A stretch of DNA of 64,000 nucleotides. It comes from Nitrospirales bacterium (GTDB lineage: Bacteria; Nitrospirota; Nitrospiria; Nitrospirales; UBA8639). A program made the position numbers and the translations under genes. Position 1 is the first letter of the stretch. Every line of letters begins with the position of its first letter. Positions 43,689 to 58,600 of this stretch are shown here, piece by piece. The stretch spans positions 2,656,001 through 2,720,000 of the forward strand of contig CBDBCZ010000018.1 of NCBI GenBank assembly GCA_965203295.1. Direction: 5' to 3'. The notes beneath the pieces are model-generated. The model was not told the origin of the DNA. It was given only the letters and a program-made list of their open reading frames with translations, and did no database searches.

Positions 43689-46600
43689 TTAGAATCGGTG
43701 ATGGTGATCGTGATGGTGACCACCGGCACCTTGGTTGGCAGGTGTCTCAAAGAACATGAAGTCCTACATAAAAGTGAAGGATTACAGTATCTATAAGTGC
43801 ACAGGAAAAGCCCAATTTGCTGTTAAGAGTAAAAAGGCCTGAAATTCCTGTACAGAAAACAGCAAAAGGTCTGCTGTAAATAGTACAGTCTAAACAGTCG
43901 ACAAATCTTTACATATAAAAACGTTTATTCCAGCTTCTGCACCAGAGTGTACTATATAACTACACTATAAAACAGCTACTATGCGGTATGAGCTAACTGT
44001 CATGTGCATTCATAGTTTCAATCTAGTGATCAAAATTATCACCCACTCTCAGCTTTAAGAGGATCAAGCCATGCACTACGGTAGAGATTGATCTTGTGAA
44101 TTGAAACTGAAATGTACAACAGAATAAATTCAACCACTATTGGGATTCACTAGCAGATATCCCACGTTCTCTTTACATCAAACAAACCGCATCTGCCTAC
44201 GTTGAGGTAAATTTTGTCGTACTGAATCCTACCCTGGTTATGAAAATTCTTGTGGAGGGAATTTAATAACAGCTGGGTGTGCACAAAGCACAAAAATGGA
44301 TGGTCCTAGGAATGCCAAATGTTTTCTGCACCTGTCTATTTGTGCATTTATAGTTATCACATGCATATTATTGTGTCACACATTACATTTCTACGCAACT
44401 AATTTAGCACTAATGGCTTTGTAGGCCAACCTACATCAGGCCAGTGCAGTTTTTTAGTGAGACAACAAAAAAGTGGTAGGCAGGCATGATAATGCTGTTT
44501 TTAAGGGTTCTAACTATACACAATGAAACCGGTGAGTTAGCACATTCTCTGTACGATATTTGACTTATCTGTTTGTGCAGGATGAGACAAATGGTCTATT
44601 ATAGTTCTATAGCGGCAGTTACTTGGCCTGATGAGTTGCTGAGCTGACCCTCAGCTGTTCACTTCAAAGGCTCCTGGCTGCTTTTTTTTAGATATGAAAT
44701 ATCAGACTTGTCTACCTTGACCGCACTATGACTTGAGCTGTACAAAGAAATCGTTTGTCTTTACAAAAACATGCAATCCCCTTCACAAAATGTTCCTACT
44801 AACTGTTTCTAGAAGTACCTTATTAGTTAGATATTCACTGCTGCAGTTTTATAGTTGCCATTTTAATTGGTTTGCTGTGTATGCAGGTCTCCCTGGCATA
44901 CAGCACTAACCTGAAGCGAAATAAGAACACAACTACCATAAATACAATTACCACTCACAATCAGGAAGCACGCGCCAATCATCACAGCTTTCATCTTAAC
45001 ATCCAGATCAATGGGAACTGACGTGAGTTGATATGATCATGCATGGAGGGGGAACAAAACGCAAGTAATGAATAATAAGAAAACTGTAAATTCTCTACTC
45101 TGTAAATGCTTGTGTAGTAGTCCAACCAGTTTTAAAAGCTGCAAGGTGCTTTAAACCTGATATACAGTAGCCTTTTGACAACATTATGAATAATTAATAA
45201 GCTAGGGAAAATGCTGAAAAAGGTGCGCATGGTGGGGAACCAGCGACTTCAGCATTCAAGCGCCTGGGGTTAACCACTTGCAACTTCCTGTTTGGTGGTG
45301 TAATTAAATTATTAGTTTAATTTATTAATTTATAGTAAAAACAAGTGACCTCACTCAAAGATTGCGATATTAATTCTCGTATTTAAATGGATATACCGTA
45401 AACTCTGGTTAATAGGCGCATGCGCTTATGACTCTAGGTGGTAAGCAGCCGTGCGCCTAATAGAGGATGTGCGCTAATAGGGGTGCAATTATTGAAGCCA
45501 CGCCCAACACGTGACAATGCAAGATGCGTGCAGAGACAGTAGTCGTGGTTTAAAAAGCTGAGAGTAGCGAGATGGCAAGTATTGGCGAAGTATTCAAAGA
45601 TTTTTCCTCCTCCAGGAAAGTGTAATCCATGGCCATCATGTCTTCAAGAAGATATGGACTCCACGACTTGGCGAAATTCTTCTGGTTAACCAAGAAGCCG
45701 GAAACGCTCACTGACAGACGTGCGGTTGCTTTGCTAAAGTAGACGGAAGCGTAGTCGGGCATGTATATACCTAGAGAGTTCTCAACAATGTTGGCGTTTC
45801 TTAGCATGCGCTCAACAAAGGATACCCACGACCAGAAAGGAAGCATGCGCTTAATTGCCGAGCGCAGCGAGGCCAATAATCGCGACATACGGGCTCAGAA
45901 TCTCAGCTAGCGTTTATATATATAAAAAATTTAAAAACATGTAGGGATGGCACAGTGTGAAGAAAACAAACTAAAAGCAAAAACTAACATACAAATATTA
46001 CAAAAATATTTAAACACATGTGCATCAAATCTACAAAAACTAACCAATCAAGCTGTAGTAACAACACAACTCTAAAAAATCATTTACAAAAATCAATTAG
46101 CACGTCAGGATGGAATCCCAAAAAGTCACCAAACAAGCTACCATGACACAGACTTGTGAACACAAAGGTTGCCATATAGCATCACAGTCCTTCCAGATAC
46201 GTTTAGGTGGTACCATCGGTGGAGGTTCATCTGTTCACTTCCCTTCGGCTACTCCCAACCCTCTACCTTCAAAGCAAGTCACACCAAGCTACCCCATGCT
46301 CCTACAGCCTTCAAACCTGCTGCATAGTGCATAACGGAATATGGCCCTCAAAAAGGCCTCCAAAAATTATTCGTATAAGTACGATTACAGACCAAAAGGA
46401 ATGTCGACAGATACTCCTAAACTCACTTCCACACTTATATACCACCACATGGAGCAAACCACTTATGGGTTTCATACAATTTCCGTTTATCACCCCACCC
46501 ACCTACGTCTTACAAACGTACTTAATTACATTAACATCTGGAGCCAGTATTCAGATTCAGACTCTATCCTGTGACCCCACTCAACGGAGTCAACACACGA

Positions 46601-49600
46601 TCAGGCTAGCTCACGCCTATATATAGAAAAAGCACTTCGCCAAAAACTGCAAAAACAAGTCATGTAGGGATGCACTTCCACCAGAATAACACTTTCCCAA
46701 AAACCAACGAAACAAGCGACAATGCACATCACAACACATGCACAGACTACCCACCCATCACAGCGCAATGCATTTACCGCGTAGCTACCATCCCTACATC
46801 TTTCCAACCAGTTAGTTTTTGTAGATTTGATGCACATGTGTTTAAATATTTTTGTAATATTTGTATGTTAGTTTTTGCTTTTAGTTTGTTTTCTTCACAC
46901 TGTGCCATCCCTACATGTTTTTTAATTTTTTAAATGTTTTTTAAGACTTGTTTCTGTTGTTTTTTTAGTGAGGGGGAAGAAAAGGAATGGGGCTTTGATG
47001 TTTGGTATTAGGATTAGATGGTATGAGTTGATATAGCTAGTATGGTTCTGTTGGGTAGAGGTGCGGTAGTGTATATGTATTGGTATGAGAATACAGTTTT
47101 TGGTAGCTCCGCCTCTAAGTTGAGTCCCATACTTGTTCTGCAGTGTGTCATAAAGAGCGCATTTCGTCTACTGAAGTCAAAATTCCGAAATTCCAAGATA
47201 ATGGCGATCGTATAATAAGGGATTTTTTCTGACATCTCGTTGACATTGAGTTAAAACAGAGACAGTGGCAGACTGAACAGGGATAGTAGATTTCCCGTAT
47301 GCTGGAATGGTCTATATATCGGTAGAGAGTGAACTGCATTTTTTTTACCGGGGGATATAAACCAGCAAGGAGGATGCATGGGGACAATAAAGTAGGCATC
47401 GTTCTGCGATATGGGATAGCCTGTCCTGTTTCTGTAGGTGACTAAGGAATACCAGCAAGCCGTGTTCAGCGACCGTAATTGGTGTTATAAGCCTCTTTGG
47501 CGACCAGTTAAGTTATGCTCACGGCATAAGCGACTGGTGGAGCATGTGGAGTGCATACACATGTATATAAGCGCAAGTATTGATACTGCTGAGAATATTG
47601 AGGTGGTAGTCATTGGCATTGGAGGGGGAGAAAGGTCTGCGCATGAGACTACAGTACATTATGGTGTCAAACAGAAACAAAGAATCATGTAGGACAACCG
47701 ACTCCCGTAAGTGGGTGTGGTCTTAGGGTAGGGTTAGGGCCAGATCTGGGACAGTAGACCACGCCCACTTCTGGTAGTCGGATGATCAAACTAAAACGCA
47801 CTAAAGTATTTGTAGATCTTGTGAGTGCTCCTCACCACCACCTCCCAACTTGCACTCGTTGCTCACACTGCAGCACTTGTCACCCCCCATCTGGTTGTCC
47901 CTCATGCACGGGGACCTTGGGCGGATCTCCGAATTGTGGGCGGGGTACGGATACGACCGGCGAGCACGTGATGGTCGAAGGTTAATTGCGGCAAAGTTCC
48001 TCCGGCTATATTATAGTCGCTAGTTAGAATCTTCTATCTACTAGCTATGGTTGTGTCGAGAGACTCAAACACCTTTTCAGAGAGAAAGAGCGGTGAAGTC
48101 GCACGAAGTCGAGTAGACACATACAGGTGTATTCGGCCGGGCCAGGGAGAGGGAACAAAGGCCTTCAGGAATGTCGACAGACGGTCTAGACGTAAGTATG
48201 TAGCATATTTATAGTGTGTGCTGATTTAGCACACTGTGTTAGACTAGTCTCGTGCCGAGACTGTGTGTAGTCGTGCCCTGAGTTGGGTTTTGGGCAGTTT
48301 ACATTTACGCGCTCTTATTAATGCGCCACTAATTATTTACCATATTGCTACAATATTTTGCGTGAACTTTACTTTTGCGAATTTTGCGAGTCCTTACAGC
48401 ATCGCAAATATAAGATCGCAAACATTAAATAAAAATATGTGAGCGTGGTTTTAGTGGGTGCGGTTAACGAGCACCAAATCAATAGCTGTCCCAGGAGAAG
48501 CAGCAGTAGGCCTAATGGATGGCCTTAAACAATAGCGAAGGTGGCAGGTAATGTTTTAATATGCTTCTACAGCAGCAGCTATTTCAGGATGAGTATTCGG
48601 CAGTATTTTACTTGATTTTACTATGAGCCCCAATCGCGAGGACACTGCAATCGGAGTGGTGGCAACTCGTGAAGCAAATGAGAGTGTGAAGCGTGCGTTA
48701 GAGAAGCAAACCAGCCAACAGAAGGCCAAGAAGCGTAAGGTACATACCCACTCAGCCGAGATTGGCCAAGAATGGGAATGCCGCTGCCACAATCGCAAAG
48801 ATAAGATCGCAAAGTACTTGAATTAGCCACAAAATGACAAAATCGCAAAGGTTTCTCACACGCAAAATATTGTAGCATTACGGTATCGCCAGTGGCGCTC
48901 TTAAATATGTGTATGTGTAGTCCATGATCAACACCTTCATATGGCGCTAAACTCCTAGCCTAGTCTCGTTCCCGGACACTCCACACATGCCCCGACGAAA
49001 AATTAGGGACAGGTAGAAATAAAGAGGGTCTGGCGACTCGAGTGGGGTCCACACAGAGCCTTCGTTGGAATGCAGGAATAGGTGACACCAATTGATGTAA
49101 TTAACAGTACGTGCGTTGCTGAACTTCGAAAGAAGCATGCCAGGTCAGTCGAAAAAAGTGACTGAGTCTGCTATCGATTTTGCTAGAGAAAGGCTAGGTA
49201 TTGAAGGGCTCAAGAAACAGTCAGAAAGCGATGGATAGTTTCAGAGTCTACGCTGGGCAAGCCTCCTGGGCCAACTCTGGCACCGCTTGGTAGACTCCAT
49301 CCTTGCCGGTTGATGCAGCACTCAGTAGATCTCACAGATAGTCAGTAGCAGCAAGAGCTGCACCGCAAGTCATAGCTACACGTGCGTTTACTGTTTCTAC
49401 TTTGCAGCTGGTGCACGCGGTATGCTTCGTTGCGGTTTCATACAATCGATTTTCATCATGAATATCTAATTTAATGAAATTCCTCAAATTTCCGGGCTGC
49501 ACATGTATCCCACTCAACTCGCCAGACCCTCTTTCTACCTACTTTTTGGCGGGTGAGTGTGACAGGGTCTGGGAACGAGACTACTACATGTCTTATGCAC

Positions 49601-52600
49601 TATATAAAATAGTACAAATGTGCATTACGTGTTAATTGAGTTTCCAATCCCTGTCCTTCTACTCTATTATCTATGGTGGCATTTACAACGCGCCACCTGA
49701 ATAATAATTCAGCAACACTATTGGCACTATAGCAGAGAAAAAAAAATGTATTACAATGATTGGCACATTATTTAGAATGGTGTGTTAATAAGAGCGGATA
49801 TAGTATTCATCAAACGGACCATGTCTGTGACAGGCACATATATTGAAGATTCGCAAACGTATTGATCATGATCAGGTCACTGCAGAGGTCGAAATAACGT
49901 GCGGTCATTGGTCAATATCTGTACATATTGCTATAGTGACCGAGCAAAACTACATGTGGTCGGTAGGTGTGCCCGGGAGCTTGTGTAACAGCTGCTGCGT
50001 AAGGCAGTGATTGCTAATCATATTCACAGCGTCTTGTATAATGCCTACTTGTGAATAGTAAACACTATCCAAATAAGGAGTTTCTGCTCTCAGGTCAGCT
50101 TGGGAAGAGAGGATGAATTGACTGGTTTGTGTGTATTCATTTTTTTGGTGGTGCTTGCTCAACAATGCATTCACATCTATTATCTTGCTGTTGCTGAAAT
50201 GTTTCAGTCATAACTACAAGTACTGTGACAGGTAGGTACATCCAGTCATATTTGCTAAATGACCACTCAGAATCAAAAGTGTTAGGACATTGTGACCAGA
50301 TAACATTTGAACGTTATTTCGACCTCTGTCACTGGTTTGGTCAATGATATATTTGTTTCTGTGGGCATGGTAGAGGGGAATGTGAGGCTATGGGAGTGGT
50401 AGGTGATTGTGTTAGGAACATTTTAGTGTAATGGTTTAGTGCTTTAACATTATGATGTAATGGAGAAAATACTTGAAAACATGCATTGCTGTGCCTTCAT
50501 TTTTAAAATTTACACAAAAGCATGAAAATAAGCACGTTTTCATGTATTTTCTTCACTTTGTGCCTACTTTTACCGTGCATTATATCAAATTAATGGTGAA
50601 AGGTGTACTGTACTTGTACATGTAGGTGCAGTTATAATTAGCTGGACAAGTGTTGTATAGCAGGTACATGTATGTGTATGGAGATAGGAAGGTCTTGAAT
50701 TGAATGGGTTATAGGTTGAGAGGGAGTTGGGAGCCTGTGATTTTGTGTTCATTATGTTAGGTTTAGTCATACCTTCTATAACCTTGTCCCAAGGAACATG
50801 TATTTCATTGTGTGATTCACACAGTGGTGCAACAGTGTAGCCATTGAGGTTTTCCTGCTACAGAGGTTTTCAAGTAGGTTGAAGGTTGAACTCATCTTAG
50901 AATTTGATGTGCAGTCAAGCTGAACTACTAATTGAATTGTTAACTTGATTTAGCTGCTTTGCACATGTCACAGGTGTAGCTATACAAAGCAACTAAATCA
51001 AATAACAATTCAATTAGTAGTTCAGCTGTATAGTGCTCCACTGTCTGACTCAAACAGTACAACATGGAGGGTGTTGTTTACATTGCTGGGAAAAGCCAGC
51101 TGACATTCCTAGAAATCCAATGTTCAGGTACTTGGCTGTGCTGAGTATGTATTCTGTAATAACTTTGGTTCTGAATGTACCATTGCTTGTTCTGACCCCT
51201 TTTCCTGCACACATTGCGCATCCTGAATGCACAGACCTTGTAATTCCAAATAAAAAGTGACTGATGAGAACTGGACTGCCACACTGGACAGGACTGGAAT
51301 GGAATGGAAAATGGAAATACTCAGACCTTTGTTTATGTTCTTGTTAGGCATAAGTACTATATCATAGTCCATGGGAAGATAAAAGCACAGCACACTGTAT
51401 ATATATCTGGCATATACACCCCAACCAGCCATTAGCCATAATAATTCTATATATGCAATATAAATACAATTAGTGGTCAACTGTGACAGCTGGTGTGCAT
51501 GAATCTCATTAACAAAGCATAGTATTTTAATAGCCTTGTTATACTAAGCCACAAAAAGTGATACACATACAGTATGGGCCAAGCTAAGATGGTAGGCGGC
51601 CTTGTTAGCACACTTTGAAGCGGTTACAAGCTCTCTCAGCAGGTGATATGTACTGCCATGTTACCTTCTAGTAGATTGCACCTGCACTCATGCATGTCTA
51701 GATCTGTGGCTTGCTCCGCTTATATGCTCAGGAGAAACAGTATACAGTAAGTAAGGTATATTACCAAAGATAACCATACTTAGGAGGTGTATATGGCAAG
51801 GTATATGGAAACTGAGTCTATACCCTCAATCTTAGTCATCAGAACTTCGTCTGACCTCAGTCTCGGATAGTACGCCATGCATATACACCTCCTGACCTTG
51901 CAACTCAACAACTATATACTGTCAGGGTCTTCCCTATAACAACAGCTTTGGTGTAGTGTGCTGTCACATGCATACAAAGCAGTTCACAATTCTTCCATGG
52001 TTGTCCAGATACGCGATGAATTAGCCTCATTTCCAAGGCTTTTCTGCCTGTGATCGTATAGCAAATTAACAACAGTAGTTCGGCGATACATAACAAAGGC
52101 AGCCAAAGAGGCTCAGAGAACGAGGTAGCTAGGTCTTAAATTTGCCGCGTGTCCGGCGAATCCCTCACCATAGATAATATAGTACGTAATAAAGGCAGCC
52201 AGAAAGGCTCAGAGAACGAGGTAGCTAAGTCTTAAATTTGCCGCGTGTCCGGACAATCCCTCACCATAGATCATATATACGGAATTACATAATATCTATG
52301 CCCTCACTGACGTTAGCTACTGCATACACACCTTGTAATTCCAACTGAACCGAATTCGATTGGACCGGCCCACTAGCTCTTTAGTGGACTGCAATGGAGG
52401 GAAAATCCAAACGCTCAGACTTCTTGTTATACTAGCACCATGGATAATCCATGATATTATACATGCTAGCACGTATAAAATTTAATACGCATACGAAATG
52501 CAAGCCATTACCTTGTAATTCCAAGAAGAACAGGAATCCGAAAAACTTAAATACGAGATGCTTGGCTTTAACAACCGCTTCAATACGACTACATGTTATT

Positions 52601-55600
52601 GTTGATTGGAAGGGAAAATCCAAACGCTCAGGCTTCTGTTTGCGTTATTGTTGATTGGAAGGGAAAATCCAAACGCTCAGACTTCCGTTTACGTTATTGT
52701 TGATTGGAAATGGAAATCCAAACGCTCAGGCTTCCGTTTACGTAATAAAATGGCGTGGAACGACCAGCGTTCACTCGAGAGTGGTAGTAAATCACTGCTG
52801 AATAAGTTCGAGTTTTGAAAACGCTCTTGATTGAGTGCAATGCTCCGTTAAAAATCATGCTTCTTTATGTTGAAATTGTTGTAGTTGCTGTAGTCATTAC
52901 TGAGCTAGCCTGGCTGAAGAAGAAGAAAGAAGATGTACTATTACGCCCCGCCCCCCCGAGTGTGTCGACTTGCCGGTGTGCTGCTCCAGAGAATGTTTGT
53001 AGCACCGCTAACAGTCTTGTTGCTGATAAAATCACTCGAGATGTCAGGGTATGGCTCATAACAGCCTATGACTGTAAACAGAGCTGAGTTCTGAACGTAT
53101 GATTTTGTACGCGTTCTATAGGGCCGCCATTTTTTTCCGTGCCATCCCTACATATGGAGTACTACCGTACTCCATGATATATATATATGTATGTATATAT
53201 ATATGTATGTATATCTGTGTGTCACGCTCCCCGGCCCCCGGGGCAAGCCACGAGTTCAAAATGGCGTCTCGTGCAGTTTAGCTGATGCCGTCTTCAAACT
53301 CTTGGTGCAGAAGCAGGCAGAGATCTGGACAAGTCTACTACACAGTTTTATCAAGTAAGGCTTACTACAGCTCCTAGGTTAGTACAGTTTGTGTAGCCGC
53401 TCTGTAAGCAGAGGTACGAGGGCTAGAGACGGACGGCACGATCGAGCGATAAGAAAGCAAGTTTTACGTAGCATGTCTGCTCTCTGGTGGGTGCTGAGGC
53501 TGTTCCTTGGGAAAATGCTGTAGATATAGATATCATTCGCCTGGATGCCAGTCGTTTTGACATAGCTACTAGCCTAGCAGCCGCTTCAGCTAGCCTGTTA
53601 TTCTTGCGACTTGCTTAGTCGCGAAAATAGTCGTCCCCGGCCCCACGTGTATTCGGGGGGGCAGTGCCCCGGTATCTAGCCCGGGGGGCCCCGGCGGTAC
53701 GATGATGTCAGCGAGGCATAGTGCGCTTGCATATACCTAGTAAATATTATGCGCTTGATAGTGAGGTGCGCCTAACAACCAGAGTTTACGGTATGCCAAT
53801 ACTCAAAACGTAACAGCTCTATTCTTGAAGGAAGTGGCTTTCTGGATGTTGATGTATGTGGCAGAATTCCCCAAACATGAAAGGTAAAGCTACATACTAT
53901 ACTATATAACACACATTAAATGCAGTAATTGTGAACTCTAGGTGTTTTCCCTATTTGTACATGTAGTATCCACTAAAAGTAACCAGATTGTACCACCCCA
54001 CATTAATGAAACTGCTGCTTGAAGACCAATGATGCATGGCCAGAGTAAAAAGCTAACAAGATCATTTTCAGTATACTTGTCATACTTTGGTAAACTAATG
54101 AGTAATATTCATGTGAACTAGTCTTATACCTTGTGATCAGAAAGAAAGCATAGCTATCTTATCAAACAACTTACACTGTATTCCAAAATTATCTGCATCA
54201 GTGAAAATTTCCTTGGCCAATCCTCCCCATTGCTTGCTAATTCTGCCAACAGAATGTGAATCATCAGCAGACAATACCTAAAATGTGGATGTTCAGTAAG
54301 ATTGATTAGTCACTGAAATCTAATATACTTAAAATTCTGCCATTTGGCGCTCGTGGAAGCCAAAGGGTTAATCATGTATTTAACTACACCCTCTGCAAAA
54401 TAAACCACCAAAATGCGATTTCAGGTTGTTCACTAAAATAAGCAATTATTAGATCTCCTAGAACCCCACCACAGTCTGACAACATCAGCAGTACTTACAA
54501 AGAACATATTACAGACTAAAAACGTCTTTTGTTTTTTTTCACAGGAATACTTTAAATCCAGCTTTACAGCCCAAAATGCTCATTTTTGCTATCTGTCTTT
54601 CAAAAACAATTACCTGCCCACCCACTTTTGTCCAGTAAAATCGAGCCGTGCCTTACAAACTTCAACCCACTCACAGCAAATCTATGTTAGCAGTTTCCCA
54701 CTCACCCCTCGGTTACTTACAATTACCCACCAAAACACTCTCTATAAAATCTCCACAGATTTCCACATAGCTAGCTTACCTCACCTAGTTACGAAAATGG
54801 TCCAAGCTTACAGACCAGAAAGGTCATTACCGTAACCTACCAAAAATGGGCAATAATCTGTCAGCATCCATCTGAGTTTTTGGCTGACTTCTGCTACCTA
54901 TTCAGCCATAATTAGCCTACTTGCCACTATACATGGTCCTAATTACAATAACGTGTTGAAAGGTAACATCAGCGTACTGCTCAACCACATCAAAGTGCCG
55001 ATATCAAACAAAAAAATGCCACTATCAAAGCGACACCCCCCCCCCCCCCCGCTAATTCCAGCTGCCGCCATGGGAAAACGTTCACATAATGTTAATGAAT
55101 TTACTTAGTCCCATGTGAGTGATATGATCTCAATAATTATTCAAAAAAAGATTTGAAGGTCAGTGCAGTGCCACCTTAAAACAAATTCCTTGCATAGATT
55201 GAGACATGTCTTGAAACAACTTGCTTATTTTCCTTAATAAAAACGAAGTACAACACAAACATGCTGTACTGGAACAATAATGATAGGACAATGTACTTAC
55301 ATCAAAGTTGGCATCTGAATAGCAGCTACATCCCAGGGTTGGGCCCTTGATCTTCATCACACAATCTCCCTCGGCGTTTTCGATAGAGAACCAGGGGTTC
55401 AAGATTCCCAGGGGATCCTGTCTCACATAGCCAATCACTGTACCAGGCGGTGACTGCACTTCAATTTCATGGGGAGCACAGCAGCTGCAGCAGCAGTAGC
55501 ACGTCAGGCCACTACAATTGCAGTAACAGCGCGATGGGCGCTCAAGATGTATAACCTGAGTGGTGGGCATATAAGCTGTGTGATACTCAATAACATGCAC

Positions 55601-58600
55601 TTCTACATGAAATATGCTGTCCACGAATGGCTAATCAAGGTGTACATGAACTAACTTCTAATAAGGGAATATGGGACAAAAATAAGCTGTGCAATGTTCT
55701 GCTGACTGCAAGTTTACATGGTTGCATCAAGGGAGTCATGACATCATCATTTTTAATGTGATGTAAACATGGTAAGTAAGACCAACAGTGTGGAAGTACA
55801 GCTATAGTGTTGTACAGTACTCTGGGTTATCAAGAGCACTGCTGGCATTTCTACAGTCTGTAAAAAGAGGATTCAATTCATTCTGTGGACTGTGGATTGT
55901 AAGTGTAACCACCTTGATATGTGCAGCAATGGCATTAGTAAGTAACTGCGCTTTTGGCTCTTTATAAGCAGTGTGTGGAAGCCCTACTGAAGCTTCACTT
56001 CTGCACCCTACTCCACTAAAATAATGCTGCAAATTAGGGTTTTTGATGCACTGCTGAGACATCGCTGAGACATCAGTGAAGGCAAAAGGCAGTGCCAACA
56101 TCGCTTGTTCTTTTTAGCTCTCAGAGTAATGCTAACATAGTAATCGCTCTAGTTACATGTACGTATGTGTCATATTGTGTCACAGTTGAGGCTACCAAAA
56201 ACTTAACCTGCATTAATGGTAAAAATCTGCAAACATTTTGAGAGGTGAATGATTACAATGGCTACAGTATGTTTTACCATCTAAAAAATGATGTGTCATC
56301 ACATGTCAAGTCCAACTTCCTCTGTGGTTGCATATTCAAAAACGACAGTATATTCATATACTGCTTAATTCCATTACTTTGTGTAGTTCAGTCAGCTAAG
56401 CAGAGTTTGCACATGCACAAGTACTGTTCATTCAAAATGGAAACACCAGTGCTGTTTCCAAGTTTACAACCTTGGCTGCTTGTTCTACATGTAACTCAGT
56501 ATAAGCTATATAACTATCAAACATTAGTACCCTACACCTCCTAACTCCCAACCCAATCTCCCAACCATTCAACCAGCAATTAAGCTACTTTCATTGCTGT
56601 CTACGTATATGTCTCCATGCTCTGCTGCTTGCTCGGCCTATAAACTCATTACAAGCTAACTATCACATACAAGTAGAGGAGAGACAAGAGGTACGTAGGT
56701 AGACAAGTTTAAGAAGAAGCCGTAGAGTATGGATTGCGGCCCAGAGAACCGAGAACCCAGGACAAGCTAGGAAAGAACCAGCGGCCACCCAGCTCACAAC
56801 AGTTTAAAGAGTTTGAAGGTGGTTTGAAATGGTTATAATTTAATTAAAAAGGGGACCATAAAGGTCTTCCCTCTAAAAGAAACTTTATGAGTAATCTTAT
56901 GGCTCTAGTTTGCTCTATATAGTCTCCAGTTTGCTCTACATGGTCTCATAGAAACCAGTAAGAACATACGCAATATAACCATGGTGATGCTCTACACATT
57001 AAATTGGTAGAAGAGATGGATGGTGGGCAGTCTCCTTGTATAACACTGTTGCCTCCAACTTTGTGAGTGTGAATGGAGAGTCAAATGTGGCTGCTGTTGC
57101 AAAGTATCAATTTGGTGTGAAGAGCATCATCGAGGTTATTGCCTATGTACGTACGTATCTATTGTGCTTGATAGTTTTAAAAAAAGCATGTAGGAATGGA
57201 ATCCCAAAAAAACAACCAAATAAAGTAGGAACTAGAAGTCTCTAGCAGAGACATACCCCGCGGTGCATAATTCACAACTTGGACCTGGCAGGACTGCAGA
57301 CTGGGCTGATGGAGTAGTTGGCAAAGTGTACATGTATATCACTGGCTGTGTATTTGCACGCAGAGTGTACAGCACTCGTGTATGCGTATATATCTGTATA
57401 TCCTATATGGGAAGTGGTGGGCGTGACTGATTGCCAATATGAACACGTGAGCAGAGTCCGTATATGCCCGGCCTCTATCGTATTCTAGTTGTGACCGTAT
57501 TAAAATGGCAGAATGCACCATTGTTAAATAAGAAAGAGCTGTAGATACAGCGAATGGAACCGCTTTGGCGACTATCAGGTACACACCCGGACATTTTTTT
57601 TTTGATTTCAATGTTACTGTCGTGTTTAGCAATCGCTTAACCCTATAAATCACGAGATAGCCCGATTTTTGAGTGGACAGACACCGGACAGACGGACGGA
57701 CAGACAGAACCAATTGCTTAACCCCGCCGCCGCCTACGTGCCGCGGGGTAATTAATATATGACACTACAAACAGATCACCATCCCTAGCATTCCCTACAT
57801 CTTGCCAACCACACACAGCACAATCCCCTCCATGCCACATCCCTATGCATGTCTAAATGTGCATTTATAATATGTGACCGTATTGGTCCATTTTAATAAA
57901 ATAGTGACTGTGTATAGTTGTAGGGTTGCGTATCAAGTAGGAAGATGTCATAATCTACTGTAGGGAAGAGTCAAGGTGTACGCTGAATGACAGTTTAATT
58001 GTTGATTAGTTGTAGCTAGTTGTCTGTGAGGCGGAAAGAGCCGAGTCTTATAGTTCATGCAGCAGTGTAGGATATGCTGTAGTGTCAGTTGTGTATGAAG
58101 TGCTTATCGAAGGAGGGATTTCGAAAGTACTGGTCTTACAATACAGCTAAAATCCATGTTACTCTTGGCTCTGGAAAGGATCAGGAGTGCAGCCACTGCC
58201 TGCTTGCAAGGTGAATTAACTATGGCTTCAAACCAGAGCGCAGTTTGATTGGTGTACATGTATAGCTAGAGCACAGTCCAATAAAGTAAGCATAGTGTAC
58301 TGCAAAGTTTAATACTTACAGACTATGCAGTTCAACTATGTAGCACCCTCACAATTCAAACCGTCTATCTTATGTGCCATACTTACCTCACGCTGCGTGT
58401 TGTCAGTGATGGACATAGAAAATTCTCTGCCAGGTCCACAGCACTGGCGTTGGCATGGAGTAGACCCTGAAAGGAAGTGGTTTTGTTCACCTTTGTGAAG
58501 GCAATATTCAATGTATAACATGGCTGCATTATCAAAGAATTCCTCCATTGAACTGGCACGGAATACTTTGATGGTACTGATTTAAAGTTTCACGGGCAGC

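Larger units (their letters stand above)
45855..53740 (+). mobile_element. 7.9-kb composite rolling-circle-type insertion (Helitron-like ends) with nested elements, right-arm specific
   Basis: Inserted A|T without TSD into the MITE that is intact at 30094-30603; starts TTGCCGAGCGCAGCGAGGC, ends imperfect hairpin plus ATATACCTAG. Confidence 0.8.

Noticed and set aside
47340..47410. [10 protein letters not shown] on the minus strand resembling a DIRS RT motif
   Set aside because: No flanking RT motifs (LPFGL, YLDD) in frame; likely chance.
52595..52743. Regularly spaced repeats as a CRISPR-like array
   Set aside because: The whole 49-bp unit is repeated with no unique spacers, no cas genes are present, and the context is eukaryotic.
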